Assembly: GCA_002269645.1 (NCBI GenBank)
Contig: NIVC01000866.1
Location: 324,441-388,440 of the forward strand
DNA length: 64,000 nucleotides
DNA from: Macrostomum lignano
Taxonomy: Eukaryota
Reading direction: 5' to 3'
Shown here piece after piece: positions 47,733-60,217 of the stretch. Numbering within the stretch: the stretch's first letter is position 1; every line of letters begins with the position of its first letter. The notes beneath the pieces are model-generated. The model did no database searches, was not told the DNA's origin, and worked only from the letters and a program-made list of their open reading frames with translations. The translations under genes and the position numbers were made by a program.

Positions 47733-48899
47733 ATGGCCAACTCCTCCGCCCCAGAAACGAGCTTCTACGCCAGCCTGAGCAGCGCCATCGTCGACTGCCT
47801 CCCCGAGGCGCCCAACCGGCACATCTTCTGTCCGATCAGCACAGCCTACGGAGTTGTGACGGGCCTCCTGCTGCCTCTGGTGACGGTGTCCGGTCTGTTC
47901 GGTAACTGCGCCACCGTGTGGGTCACGCTGGGTCGCGGAGCCGAGCGCACTCGACTCAATGTCTACCTGGGCGCCATGGCGATCGCCGACAGCGCCTACC
48001 TGCTCGTGGGTGGCGTACTGAGCCAGTTTCTTCGCCGCGGCCTGCCTTGGATCAGCGGTGGTCAGTTTGGCTTCATTGTAACTAACTACTCACCCACTAT
48101 GTGCACTGTATACCGATTCGCTGATAAGTGGCTCGGCCTACAGTCGATGTGCATCTTCCTGGCGATGGTGCTGGACCGAGCTCTGTGTCTGGCCATGCCG
48201 TTCCGCTTCCAGACGGTCTCGCATCGCACGGCCTGGCGAGTTTGCGGCGTCGATGTAGCGGCTTCCTTTGCCCTGAGCTCCGTCTGCCTGGCTGTCTACA
48301 GCTGGTATGAGCTTCAGTTCACGCCCAATGCCCCACGACTAATTGTCTGCATGGTTAATTCACACATCGAAGGCTTTGCCAAAGTACTATTGAGTGTGTA
48401 CATGCCCCTGTTCCTGAACCCACCGACCCTTCCGGTATTCTGTGTGCTGCTCACGAACTGCTACCTCGCCTGCAAGCTGGTCGCCATCCTGCGTCAACAC
48501 CGTCAGCTCTCGTCGTCGCTCACGACAGCTGCTGACGAGAGAGACAAGATGACCAACACGATCGTGTGCGTCGCCATGTCAGTCCTGCTCACTGTGTGCT
48601 CTCTGCCCAGTGTGCTCACCATTCTATCAGGGCAGATCATTGGTCAGCACAGGACAGAGGCGGATGCTCAGCTCCTTCGCGCTCTGCTAAACATCTCGCA
48701 GCTGAGCGAGGCGCTCGTCATCTTCAACCAGAGCGGTAACTGGCTGCTTCTGCTGTGGAAGAGCCCGAGTTACCGACGGAGATTTGTGGCTCTGTTCCGA
48801 CTGGAGCGTTGCAAGCACCGCGGTAGCGGCACTGGTCGTTCCGCGCCAACAGATCCTCTGCCGATGAGCAACCAGGCTAACATACCTGGCCGCTTCTGA
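47733..48899 (+). CDS. Intronless rhodopsin-class orphan GPCR, paralog 3, 388 aa
   Basis: About 12 nt and 4 aa differences from paralog 2 (D25E, L123M, A174D, V251A). Confidence 0.9.
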   Translation: MANSSAPETSFYASLSSAIVDCLPEAPNRHIFCPISTAYGVVTGLLLPLVTVSGLFGNCATVWVTLGRGAERTRLNVYLGAMAIADSAYLLVGGVLSQFLRRGLPWISGGQFGFIVTNYSPTMCTVYRFADKWLGLQSMCIFLAMVLDRALCLAMPFRFQTVSHRTAWRVCGVDVAASFALSSVCLAVYSWYELQFTPNAPRLIVCMVNSHIEGFAKVLLSVYMPLFLNPPTLPVFCVLLTNCYLACKLVAILRQHRQLSSSLTTAADERDKMTNTIVCVAMSVLLTVCSLPSVLTILSGQIIGQHRTEADAQLLRALLNISQLSEALVIFNQSGNWLLLLWKSPSYRRRFVALFRLERCKHRGSGTGRSAPTDPLPMSNQANIPGRF

Positions 48900-49015
48900 A
48901 ATGACTTGCGGAAAAATCGGACGAGCTTTTGTCAATGTCACATACCTGATCTCCCTTTACCTGTTGTGTCGCTTTTGCTTTATTGGCTGTTACCATCCAG
49001 TATACTAAAAATCTG

Positions 49016-49464
49016 GCGGTAGTCGAAACCGTCCTGCATTACAACGCCGAGACCGGGACGCTGTCAGACTCGCTCGAACATCAAGTCGACGCAGCCCACG
49101 CTGGCCTGCTGCGCGCCGCCTTCAAGATCGGCGACGAGCAAGTCACCAACGCGGCACTCTATCGCCGCGCCGGCCTGGCCCGTCCAAGTGAGCTGCTGCG
49201 CCGTCGGCGACTCCAGCTGGCAGGACATATCATCCGCGCCGAGTCGTACTGCCCACAGCCGGTGCAGGAGGTGCTGCTGCTGCTCAAGCTGCAGACACCC
49301 TACCGGCGAGGACAGGCGCGCACTCGGCGTTTCGTCGACTGCCTGCTGGATGACGCCGGCGCCCCGGACTCTGCCGGCGGAGCGGCCTATGTTCGCACTC
49401 TGGCCTTGAGACGCGCCCTGTGACACTAGAGACTATCCAGTGTACTTTGTTGTTGTTATTGTTG
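49016..49464 (+). mobile_element. 5'-truncated RTE-clade LINE, 3' end
   Basis: ORF2 C-terminal motifs (VETVLHYNAET; RRRRLQLAGHIIR; RRGQARTRRFVD), (TTG)n tail and 10-bp TSD TAAAAATCTG (49006-49015 and 49465-49474); absent from the paralogous flank of GPCR paralog 2. Confidence 0.85.
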
Positions 49465-49621
49465 TAAAAATCTGATCTATAACTTTATGTCATATTATAC
49501 ATTGAAGGAACTGGTTTAATCGACCATCTAAGTAAGTATGCAATATGCTTGTTGTTAATGAAAAAATTAAGTAGCTACGAGCGTAGTTCAACCAAAACGT
49601 AGTTTTTCAGTAGCTAGTATT

Positions 49622-49905
<284 letters not shown>

Positions 49906-49980
49906 GTGTTTGTACACGTACGTAGCTATCAAGTAACTGTTTCGTCTTAAACTTTAAGTCGAAATTCACCAATAACCACA

Positions 49981-50035
49981 CAAGGACTACTTAAGAAGAA
50001 GAAGAAGTTTAACGAAGTGACTTCAGTGGTCCTTG
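49981..50035. mobile_element. 55-bp mini transposon with CAAGGAC termini
   Basis: 15-bp imperfect TIRs CAAGGAC[T/C]ACT[T/G]AAG; TSD TAACCAC(A/C); an empty site is visible in the paralogous flank at about 43115. Confidence 0.8.
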
Positions 50036-50354
50036 TAACCACCCTATTGTTGCTGTAGTGTGTCGTCTCCAGTTCCCGCCCTCAGCTTAAAAACTCAGCT
50101 ACGAGCTACCCTACCAAACTAAGGGTAGCTTACCCTATAGATTGCAGCCGAGCTCTGTTGCTTGAACTTTGGTACAACAAAACTGACTTTTCAACGCAAC
50201 AACTGGACTTTTTACTTTAATATCACATGCTTTGGCACCAGCAAAAATGCATAGTCAAGATTATAACTGAAGTAAATTGAGCACCAGTTTTTGTCATGGC
50301 ATCATATCGATTGTGCTTGTCTTTGATTATTTTATAACACAGGAGTATCATGAC

Positions 50355-51010
50355 AGCATCAGTATCAGCATCAGTATCAGTATCAGTATCAGCATCAGCA
50401 TCAGTATCAGTATCAGTATCAGCATCAGCATCAGCATCAGTATCAGTATCAGTATCAGTATCAGTATCAGTATCAGCATCAGCATCAGCATCAGTATCAG
50501 TATCAGCATCAGTATCAGTATCAGTATCAGTATCAGCATCAGCATCAGTATCAGTATCAGTATCAGCATCAGCATCAGCATCAGCATCAGTATCAGTATC
50601 AGCATCAGCATCAGTATCAGTATCAGTATCAGTATCAGTATCAGCATCAGCATCAGTATCAGCATCAGCATCAGCATCAGCATCAGCATCAGTATCAGCA
50701 TCAGCATCAGTATCAGTATCAGTATCAGCATCAGTATCAGCATCAGTATCAGCATCAGCATCAGCATCAGCATCAGTATCAGTATCAGTATCAGCATCAG
50801 TATCAGCATCAGCATCAGTATCAGTATCAGCATCAGCATCAGTATCAGCATCAGTATCAGTATCAGTATCAGCATCAGTATCAGCATCAGCATCAGTATC
50901 AGTATCAGTATCAGTATCAGCATCAGCATCAGTATCAGTATCAGTATCAGCATCAGTATCAGCATCAGTATCAGTATCAGTATCAGTATCAGCATCAGCA
51001 TCAGCATCAG
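50355..51010. repeat. (ATCAG[T/C])n hexanucleotide microsatellite, left part
   Basis: Read directly. Confidence 0.97.
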
Positions 51011-53921
51011 CCCAGTGTCCGCATTGTCGGAATAATGCCGGAATATTATGCCAGCATCATGCCAGACTGAATGTCGCGACGAGATCCAGGCATTATGTTA
51101 GCATGAAGTGCCAGTATAATGCTGCTTTTATGCCGACTATATGCGACTGATATGCCTGTTCAATTATGTAGTTAACCAATGTACTTCGTAGCATTGTGGC
51201 TGCATTGTTGAAATAATGCTGGCATATCATGCCAGACTGAATGTCGCGACAGGATCCAGGCATTATGTTAGCATGAAATGCCAGTGTAATGCTGCTTTTA
51301 TGCCGACTATATGCGACTGATATGCCTGTTCAATTATATAGTAAACCAATGTACGTCGTAGCTTTCTGTGGCTTATAAATAATGCAATTGTTGTCCAATT
51401 ATTACAATGAAGCACTTAACCCTTTTTGAACTCCACAAGGCTTTAATTAGGCTTTAGGAAATGGTACAAAAGAACTAAATAAAAGTGTATTGTAAAAAAG
51501 ACGGCGCAGAAAAGTATTTTTTTAACATTGAAAACAATGGTAGGAACATGTTTTTAGTTCTTTAATTCTTTTATAATTTAACTTAAATAGTAACTTAAAT
51601 AGCATGGGAAAACAGAAACATAACAACATAAAAATATAAACAGAATATAGCAACAAAAACAACATACAAAAGTTATAAGCAGATACTTCTTTAAAAGATA
51701 GGGTCCCAAATACAGCAAAGAGTCTGAATTCTGTTGCCTTAAAATGAGAAAGCTTGGTATCAAATTGCCTTGGCCGTCACTGAAACTCATTTGGTATAAA
51801 TTTCGCCAAAGAAATCGACTTTTCAGACAGCTCAGCCAAAGCAGTTGGGTATAATTTACAACGAAGACGAAAACACTTTACAGTGGAGAAAAAACTTTAA
51901 CAATTGGCGAACAACTCCCAAACAAACAGAATGTTAGTAATCAACAGGGAAACCAGACTGCAAGTTTGCATTGTCAATGAGTGGCGAAATCTGCAGTTGG
52001 TTATTCTCAAGACCAGATTTGTAGTCCGCATCTGTTCTTTTAATGCCTACAAAAGTTTTGTAAACCACCCTATCTTCAGCGAAACTTCTTCAACCTTGAC
52101 AGTAATTGCATCCCAGCTTCGAAGCATGTGACTTTGAATTTGCATTGTTCAAATTGAATGCTCATCTCATCTGAAATAAGAAATAATGCATAAATTGGAC
52201 TTTAGATAACATGTTTATTTGGCTTTTAACTCCCACTTACAAACTTTTCTTTTTTCAATTCCCATAGTCTTCTCCTCTCCTTTCTACCACTTATATAGTT
52301 GTCTAATATATATCTATCATTCTTTTCCAATCCCTGTCTTTCCTTCTCTTAGAATCTTAGATAAACTGACTATTAAGGAAGAAAATACTTAATACTACTC
52401 AATACTTAATATTTAATATTATATACTATAGAATATCTTCCCAATTGGCATAGAATTATGTAGATAATGCTGCTCCTAGTCCTAGTCTTATCCACATAGT
52501 AAACTAATAAAATTGATTGATCTTTGTCAATATATACCATGAAAATAATGTCCCTCTTTAATAACATGCTATACTTGCAATATATAAAAATATTAAACTA
52601 CACATTAACATAATACACTGCATATTAACTGCTTTTGCTATATTTAATATTGTATCAATATATCATATTTAGACATTTAATCATGAAAATATCATGAACA
52701 TTACAATATAAAAAATAAAAAATTAGAATTTAAAAAGCCATAATAAAGTCTTAAACTATGATGGAAAAAATATATTTATCACATTTTTAATATTGCTAAA
52801 TAATTGATATTCAATTTAAATTTTTTGTTTATAGAATTTATAGATAAGTACTTTACTATAAGTAGACCTCTTAAAGGCTTAAGTGTCCCAGTAAATAAAA
52901 TAGTTAAGAAACTAGAAAAAGCCTATTGTCTGATTTCAACATTTGTTTCATTGATTTAGATAAAACTTAAAATTAGTTTTATCCTTTTTTGACAACTGAA
53001 AATGTAATTGTTTGCTATTTGCAATATAAAATACAAGGAACAGTATTATATCATATCATATTTTAACAGCAATTTATACAACAAAGCAACTAAAGACTGG
53101 TGTATATAAAATATGACAAGTACAATATTTCACATAGGCCTATGCCTATAGAGCCTAGGCTAGTACATTAACATATATAACTTCGTAATATCATATACAG
53201 CCTTAGAAAATTGTCAGACTGCACCCACTACTATTGCTAGAAACTAATATACAAATGCCTTGTTAGAAAAGGTATTTTTCTGCGCATACATATAAAAGCC
53301 AGTACAATTGATCGAGACAGACTAGGCCTAAGACTCGTAAAGCATCAATTAAAAATGTGCTATATTTTTGTTCAATATTGTTCAATATTTAGTATTATAA
53401 CAAAAAATAAAAACATGTATAACTACTATAGCCAAAAGATAACATAGCTTAAAATAAACCATCTAAATATTACTTGTATGACTACTATTTGTAGTCCATT
53501 CAGTATATATAAGAAACATGTACAATTCAAATTATATCAAATCGACGAAATGAACAAGCATTTGCATGCTGTATATATGCGAAAATTATGAAGACAGTAA
53601 AATTTGTCAATGGGTATCTTTGAAGACTATTATCAATTTGGGACTATTCAGGAACCTGCATAAAATCTTTTCCTTCTAAATTTCTCAAAGTCATATTTTT
53701 AGCACTTAATGTCTTAATTGTGCCGTGGCATGCACAGGCCAAATTTATTCCAGTTTGATGCTGCGCCTAAAAAAGAAAGAATTGCTGGCGAAACTGAAAG
53801 CACTTTCAATAAATATCAAACAGATATCAATGCAACACAAATTTGGAATTTTTTTGCTTGTCAAAAATATGCTGACGCGTCAGCATAATTACGGCATAAT
53901 GCTGACATCATGGACACTGGG
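51011..53921 (-). mobile_element. Defective CMC/EnSpm (CACTA-superfamily) DNA transposon, 2911 bp
   Basis: Terminal CCCAGTGTCC / GGACACTGGG extending into an imperfect TIR of about 40 bp; AG 2-bp duplication; subterminal repeats. Minus-strand transposase relic at about 51675-52030 (RTD..SPL..FPVDY*HSVCLGV; IPNEF.RPR; KATEFR; LLYLGP). Confidence 0.8.
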
Positions 53922-54426
53922 AGCATCAGTATCAGCATCAGCATCAGCATCAGTATCAGTATCAGTATCAGTATCAGTATCAGCATCAGTATCAGCATCA
54001 GTATCAGTATCAGTATCAGTATCAGTATCAGCATCAGCATCAGCATCAGCATCAGTATCAGCATCAGCATCAGCATCAGTATCAGTATCAGTATCAGTAT
54101 CAGCATCAGCATCAGTATCAGTATCAGCATCAGTATCAGTATCAGTATCAGTATCAGTATCAGCATCAGTATCAGCATCAGTATCAGCATCAGCATCAGT
54201 ATCAGAATCAGTATCAGCATCAGTATCAGCATCAGTATCAGCATCAGCATCAGTATCAGCATCAGCATCAGTATCAGCATCAGCATCAGCATCAGTATCA
54301 GTATCAGTATCAGCATCAGTATCAGCATCAGCATCAGCATCAGTATCAGCATCAGCATCAGCATCAGCATCAGTATCAGTATCAGCATCAGTATCAGCAT
54401 CAGCATCAGTATCAGCATCAGTATCA
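53922..54426. repeat. (ATCAG[T/C])n hexanucleotide microsatellite, right part
   Basis: Read directly; resumes in register after the EnSpm terminus. Confidence 0.97.
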
Positions 54427-55463
54427 GACAACCTTACTTGCACGAGTTTTGGGCCAGGAGGTTTTGGAAGAGCTGAAGCGCATCGCTTTGCGTCATGAAG
54501 GGCTTGGGTTGGAATCTGAGTGGGTCCAAAAGGATTTGAGTTACATGCTGCCAATCTTAGGCCGTAGGAGAGGCAAAAAAGAAGAAAAATTTCAGATTAA
54601 AAAAGCTACATACAAAAAAGCATTGTACAGTCATCGTGATGTTTGTTTCTTAGAGATTAAGATGCTTGAAAGAAAAGCATAACGCCTGATATCCAGTTTT
54701 CTGACAATCTCTGTAATTTGCTGAAGCTTCTAAAACAAATATGTTTTCAGTAGCATGGAATAGCCTTCAGGAGTAAAGCCTACCTAATCTCCCTGTTATC
54801 AAGAAACGAATCAAATAAAATTCTACAACGCAATTTCGCTGATCGCGGATTAGAGAGCCCTTCAGTTGTGATTGTCGCGTGCATGCATTAATTATATTAC
54901 ATTATAGGTCTCATTGGAACTGCTCAAAACTGTTGTTGGTAGGGTACGTGTGACTTGCGGAGTCCTTGTGATTAGCAAAAATGACTTAAGTAGTCCTTGA
55001 TGATTAGTTTTTGCGTCAAAGGCCTTCTCAGTCCTTAAATTAAAAACCCATTAATCTGATAAGATAGTTTAGCCTCGTCATTTGGAGTTCGCTGCAATCA
55101 GAGCACAGGAGAATCACATGCGATAACTAATCAAAAGGTGTTAATTTCCATGGCCGATGCCATAGCAAAGTCACGTATACCCCCTAAGATTAAATTTTTA
55201 ATTGAAAGTCATTTAAACAAAATCGTGACAGAAATTAAAAGGAATTATAATATTGCAAAGAATGTCAATTTCCTGACAGGAAATTAGTTTTAAATATCCT
55301 CCGATTAAAAAACGTCCCAGCTAGAAGCGTCGTCATTAACGCTTCAAAGCGAAGCTGTATAAAAGGGCCAATAGAAGTCAAGGTGCATGCAACCATTGAG
55401 TCAAAATAGGGTAAAAGAAATTCGCAGAGTTTTATTTTGTTAAAAAAATAATAACGCTACGGA

Positions 55464-56728
55464 ATGCTGAGCAACTCTTCCAAGTACACTGAAACCATCT
55501 TCTACACCAGTCTGGATAGTGCTCTGGAGGACTGCCGGCCCGATGCGCCGAACCGACACATCTTCTGTCCGATCAGCACAGCCTACGGAGTTGTGACGGG
55601 CCTCCTGCTGCCTCTGGTGACGGTGTCCGGTCTGTTCGGTAACTGCGCCACCGTGTGGGTCACGCTGGGTCGCGGAGCCGAGCGCACCAGACTCAACGTC
55701 TACCTGGGCGCCATGGCGATCGCCGACAGCGCCTACCTGCTTATCGGCGGCTTCCTTGGCTTGTTCCTCGCTCGGGGACTGCCTTGGATCAGCGGCAGTC
55801 GGTTTGGCTTCATCGTGTACAACAACTCAGCCATATTGTGTACTGTGTATCGATTTGCACAGCACTGGCTCAGTCTGCAGTCGATGTGCATCTTCCTGGC
55901 GATGGTGCTGGACCGAGCTCTGTGCCTGGCTATGCCGTTCCGCTTCCAGGTATATCGCGGATTTACGTGTACATGTATGTGTGTGATACATATAGAATAC
56001 ATAATTATTTTTAGAGCCTATCGCATCGAACTGCCTGGCGAGTTTGCGCTTGGATTGCGGCTGTTTCGATGTGCCTAAGTACCCCCTGCCTGGGGGTGTA
56101 CGGCTGGCAAGAAATGAGGTTCTCAACCCACGGTCCCCGGTTGATCGGTTGCATGGTCTTCTCGAGAATTTCTGGAGCAGCCAAAGTGCTTCTTGGTGTA
56201 TACATGATACTGCTTCTGTACCCGCCAACCTTGCCGATATTCTGCGTGCTGCTCACAAACTGCTACCTGGCCTGCAAGCTGGTCGCCATCCTGCGCCAAC
56301 GACGTCAGCTGTCGGCGTCGCTCACGACAGCTGCTGACGAGAGAGACACGATGACCAACACGATCGTGTGCGTCGCCATGTCAGTCCTGCTCACTGTGTG
56401 CTCTCTGCCCAGCGCCCTGACCATTTTAGCCGTACAAATCATCAGTGAGTATGAGACCGAAGCTGATGCACAGCTACTGCGAGCTCTGCTGAACATCTCG
56501 CAAGTGAGCCAAGCCCTGATTCTGTTCAACCAGAGCGGCAATTGGCTTCTCCTGTTGTGGAAGAGCCCGAACTATCAACAGAGATTTCTGAGGCTCTTTA
56601 GTTGTCGCTGTCTGCCTCGTATAAATAAGCAAGCCGCTCCATCTGCCTTGAACAGAACTACACCGGGCAGGTCTTTTCCTATTGTGACGCTCCCGAGAGG
56701 ATCTCAAATCTTCACCACTAGACTTTAA
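55464..56728 (+). CDS. Rhodopsin-class orphan GPCR, paralog 4, 399 aa; exons 55464-55949 and 56015-56728
   Basis: Removing a 65-bp GT-AG phase-0 intron restores exact colinearity with the paralogs (MPFRFQ|SLSHRTAWRVC versus MPFRFQTVSHRTAWRVC). Confidence 0.88.
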
Positions 56729-57492
56729 AGACCGTTTTAAGTCCACAGCTTTTCATGGTTGTGGGGATATCGTTCGGATCGTATCAAGGACCACTTGAAG
56801 TAGCCGTTGCATCATAGAATACTGGCTGTCTAATTTGAATTCGATTTATTCCCAGTGCAGTCCCTTACCTTTAACCATAAGACATCGAGAGTGAGTCTGT
56901 CTAAATTGTATTGCCGCTGTCAATATTGTACTATTAGCGGCTATAAACTCGATGTCTGGCGTGTCTAAATTAATAAAAACTTTAACTGTGTTATGAAATT
57001 TGAATAACGAAATTGCGTATTTAGACGTCTAAATTCCATATTGATTTTGTTGAACTGTACCATGAGGAATGTATAAGTGCGGGGAGGGATGAATAAGCTC
57101 GCGTAACATAAGCGCGCATGTGTATTTTTTGGCAAGTGTGAAAATAAGCGGGCACAGGCACAAGCGCGCAAAAACCACAGTGACTTTACCACGCAGGCAA
57201 TTTTTACGGCTGAGACATAAGCGCGCAGGCCATTTCTACGGCTGAGACATAAGCGCGCAGGCCATTTCTACGGCTGAGACATCCGGCACAAAGCCACGAA
57301 GCTGATGGTCCGGCACAAAGTCAGAAAGCTTTATTTTCTCTATATTTATTTTTCACAAAGTTACGAGATGTTCAGACTTAAAATGTTAAGATGTTCACAT
57401 TCAAAATGTTAAAATGTTGCGATTAAAATGGCAAAATGTTCAGTATAGCTAAGAATAGAACCACATGTTATGCAAGTCTGAGGCCGGGTTTT

Positions 57493-57975
57493 GATGGTCC
57501 GGCACTGGCTGCAGCTGATGGTCCGGCACTGGCTGCAGCTGATGGTCCGGCACTGGCTGCAGCTGATGGTCCGGCACGGCTGCAGCTGATGGTCCGGCAC
57601 TGGCTGCAGCTGATGGTCCGGCACTGGCTGCAGCTGATGGTCCGGCACTGGCTGCAGCTGATGGTCCGGCACGGCTGCAGCTGATGGTCCGGCACTGGCT
57701 GCAGCTGATGGTCCGGCACTGGCTGCAGCTGATGGTCCGGCACTGGCTGCAGCTGATGGTCCGGCACTGGCTGCAGCTGATGGTCCGGCACTGGCTGCAG
57801 CTGATGGTCCGGCACGGCTGCAGCTGATGGTCCGGCACTGGCTGCAGCTGATGGTCCGGCACTGGCTGCAGCTGATGGTCCGGCACTGGCTGCAGCTGAT
57901 GGTCCGGCACTGGCTGCAGCTGATGGTCCGGCACTGGCTGCAGCTGATGGTCCGGCACTGGCTGCAGCTGATGGT
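57493..57975. repeat. 24-bp minisatellite (GATGGTCCGGCACTGGCTGCAGCT), about 20 copies with 23-bp variants
   Basis: Read directly. Confidence 0.95.
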
Positions 57976-58117
57976 CCGGCGATGACGCCGGGCGAACGGT
58001 GTCCACCACCTCGATAACGTGTGACACCAGTGTCAGAAATGATCGACGGGGCTGATAAGGCGCAGCCGCAGCTTTTCTTGTACGTAGAAATGCAGCATTC
58101 TGAGATTGATGCGTCTA

Positions 58118-58276
58118 AAATGTGCGCTTGTGCCAGACTCATGCATTTTAAATGTGCGCTTGTGCCAGACTCATGCATTTTAAATGTGCGCTTGTGCCAG
58201 ACTCATGCATTTTAAATGTGCGCTTGTGCCAGACTCATGCATTTTAAATGTGCGCTTGTGCCAGACTCATGCATTT
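58118..58276. repeat. 32-bp tandem repeat (AAATGTGCGCTTGTGCCAGACTCATGCATTTT), about 5 copies
   Basis: Read directly. Confidence 0.9.
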
Positions 58277-59093
58277 AAGATGCGCGCTTGTGTCAGTGCG
58301 CGCTTGTGTCACTGAGAGCAGTTAAAAATGCGCGCTTATGTACGTCATGCGCTTAATCATGCGTCCCTAAGTGTGATATTTTTGTTCTGGCCCGCGTAGA
58401 AAACATGCACTCGACACTTACATTGTACAAAAGAAATCTTCAGGAGTGTTTCTAACTACTAGCTGATCCTAGATGGCGTTATATGGTGCGATAGAATCAA
58501 GAGCGAATTTTATGTGCTGTAGGAGGCTCTTTAAAGAGAGCGAGATCAGACGATACGATCCTTGGTGAAACTATTACAGAGCTGATAAACATGTAAAAGG
58601 TGCAAAAGTATACTCGTAGTTCGAAGAATTAGTTGAGTTCGGAATTAGTTGAGTTCGGAATTAGTTGAGCACACTCCGAAATCAGCGGTTCTCTAATTGA
58701 GTTTGACGCGGCTCCGGTGTTCCCAATTGGGTTGCATGGCACATAATCTGCAATGCGCGCACAACAAATACGAATACGTGATTTCAGATTGGAATTCGAC
58801 TTTTGCTCGATTCTACGAAGATATCTGCAGAGAAAGGAGACTGCATGAATGCGCTGCATTGTGCTGCAGACCTCCTGGAAGCTTATATGGATGCAAATTT
58901 AAACTGACACTTGAATTGAGTCATCAATCGATGATGAAAGGGGAACGATTTCATCATGCTGATAATTGGGGAATCTGCGGATCTATAAAACAATTTGATG
59001 TCAAATTATGCTTTCGAAGAATCCGTTTGGCACCAAGACTAACAGAGGATGTTAGCAATGAAGGATCCTCTGAGAATCAGAACATCAGCTGAC

Positions 59094-59358
59094 AGCTACA
59101 ACAGGCAATGTAGAATCCCCTGTATAACAGACCATAAGCTACAACAGGCAATGTAGAATCCCCTGTGTAACAGAGCATTAGCTACAACAGGCAATGTAGA
59201 ATCCCCTGTGTAACAGAGAGTTAGCTACAACAGGCAATGTAGAATCCCCTGTATAACAGACCATTAGCTACAACAGGCAATGTAGAATCCCTGTGTAACA
59301 GAGCATTAGCTACAACAGGCAATGTAGAATCCCCTGTGTAACAGAGCATTAGCTACAA
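59094..59358. repeat. 43-bp tandem repeat (GCTACAACAGGCAATGTAGAATCCCCTGTGTAACAGAGCATTA), about 6 copies
   Basis: Read directly. Confidence 0.92.
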
Positions 59359-60217
59359 CGAGCTAGGAGTTATAGGAGTTCACCAGCTTTAGGCGTTATT
59401 CTTAGGCGTGTTCTATAGGAGCGAGCACACTCCACTACTTGATCCTAACTCGATCTCGTCAACGTAGTACGCGGTTTCAAGAGGCCGAATTTGAGTCTTA
59501 CGAATTCCACTCGATCAACTCCTGCTTAGGTGCCTCCTTGTGTCAACTCCTAACCCCTAACTCTTTACTCTTGAAATTAACAGCACACAAATTCATGTAC
59601 TCCTAGTTACGAGCACTGATCCGGTGATCCCGACTGCTAGCTTCAAGCTATTTAACGTTGCTTTTAATTCTATTTAGCACGGGTTCCTGGTTATTGTCGA
59701 TTAAATTAAAGAATACACCGAATGTGCAGCAGAAAACATTTTTAAAACATAAAATACTGGGAAAACAGAAACTTAATAATGTCTGTTTTGCTTTATTAAT
59801 GTAATCATTTGTTATAAACAAAGGCTTTTTAATTGTAAATTGCTTTCCAAGAACTGGAACTTGCCGACTAGCCCTCTAATGGACTAAGAAAACAAACGTT
59901 ATGTAATAATCTACCTGCCTGACCTCCTGCCTCCTTTCCTGGATGGACACCACCTATCGTTAAACAAACAAGGTTCTAATGGTAGGCGTTTTGTAAGCAA
60001 CAAGCAATCGTACTTTGCTTCTTTAGACCATGTGCATGTGCTGCCATGTGCTGTGTGTAAAAGAAAATGTTTTAGGCATATTTTATATTGTAGTGTTCCG
60101 CTGTAAGGAGGGTCCATGTAGTAGCCGTAGCTGTAAGCAAAACTACGGGTTATAACAATTCTCTGCATTCCGTAGCCATAGGGACCCCAATATTAGGGGC
60201 CTACCATTAGTTCCCAT

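Larger units (their letters stand above)
57084..58370. mobile_element. Non-autonomous hAT-like element carrying internal minisatellites
   Basis: Right end CATGCGTCCCTA (TAGGG-type terminus), degenerate left end, converging subterminal AAGCGCGCA / TGCGCGCTT motifs; no TSD recognised. Confidence 0.5.

Noticed and set aside
50277-54554. Poly-(IS), (SV/SA), (LM/LI) and (DT/DA) ORFs
   Set aside because: Translations of a stop-free hexanucleotide microsatellite.
54449-54682. 77-aa ORF after the ATCAGY array
   Set aside because: No recognisable domain or splice structure; cannot be supported as a gene.
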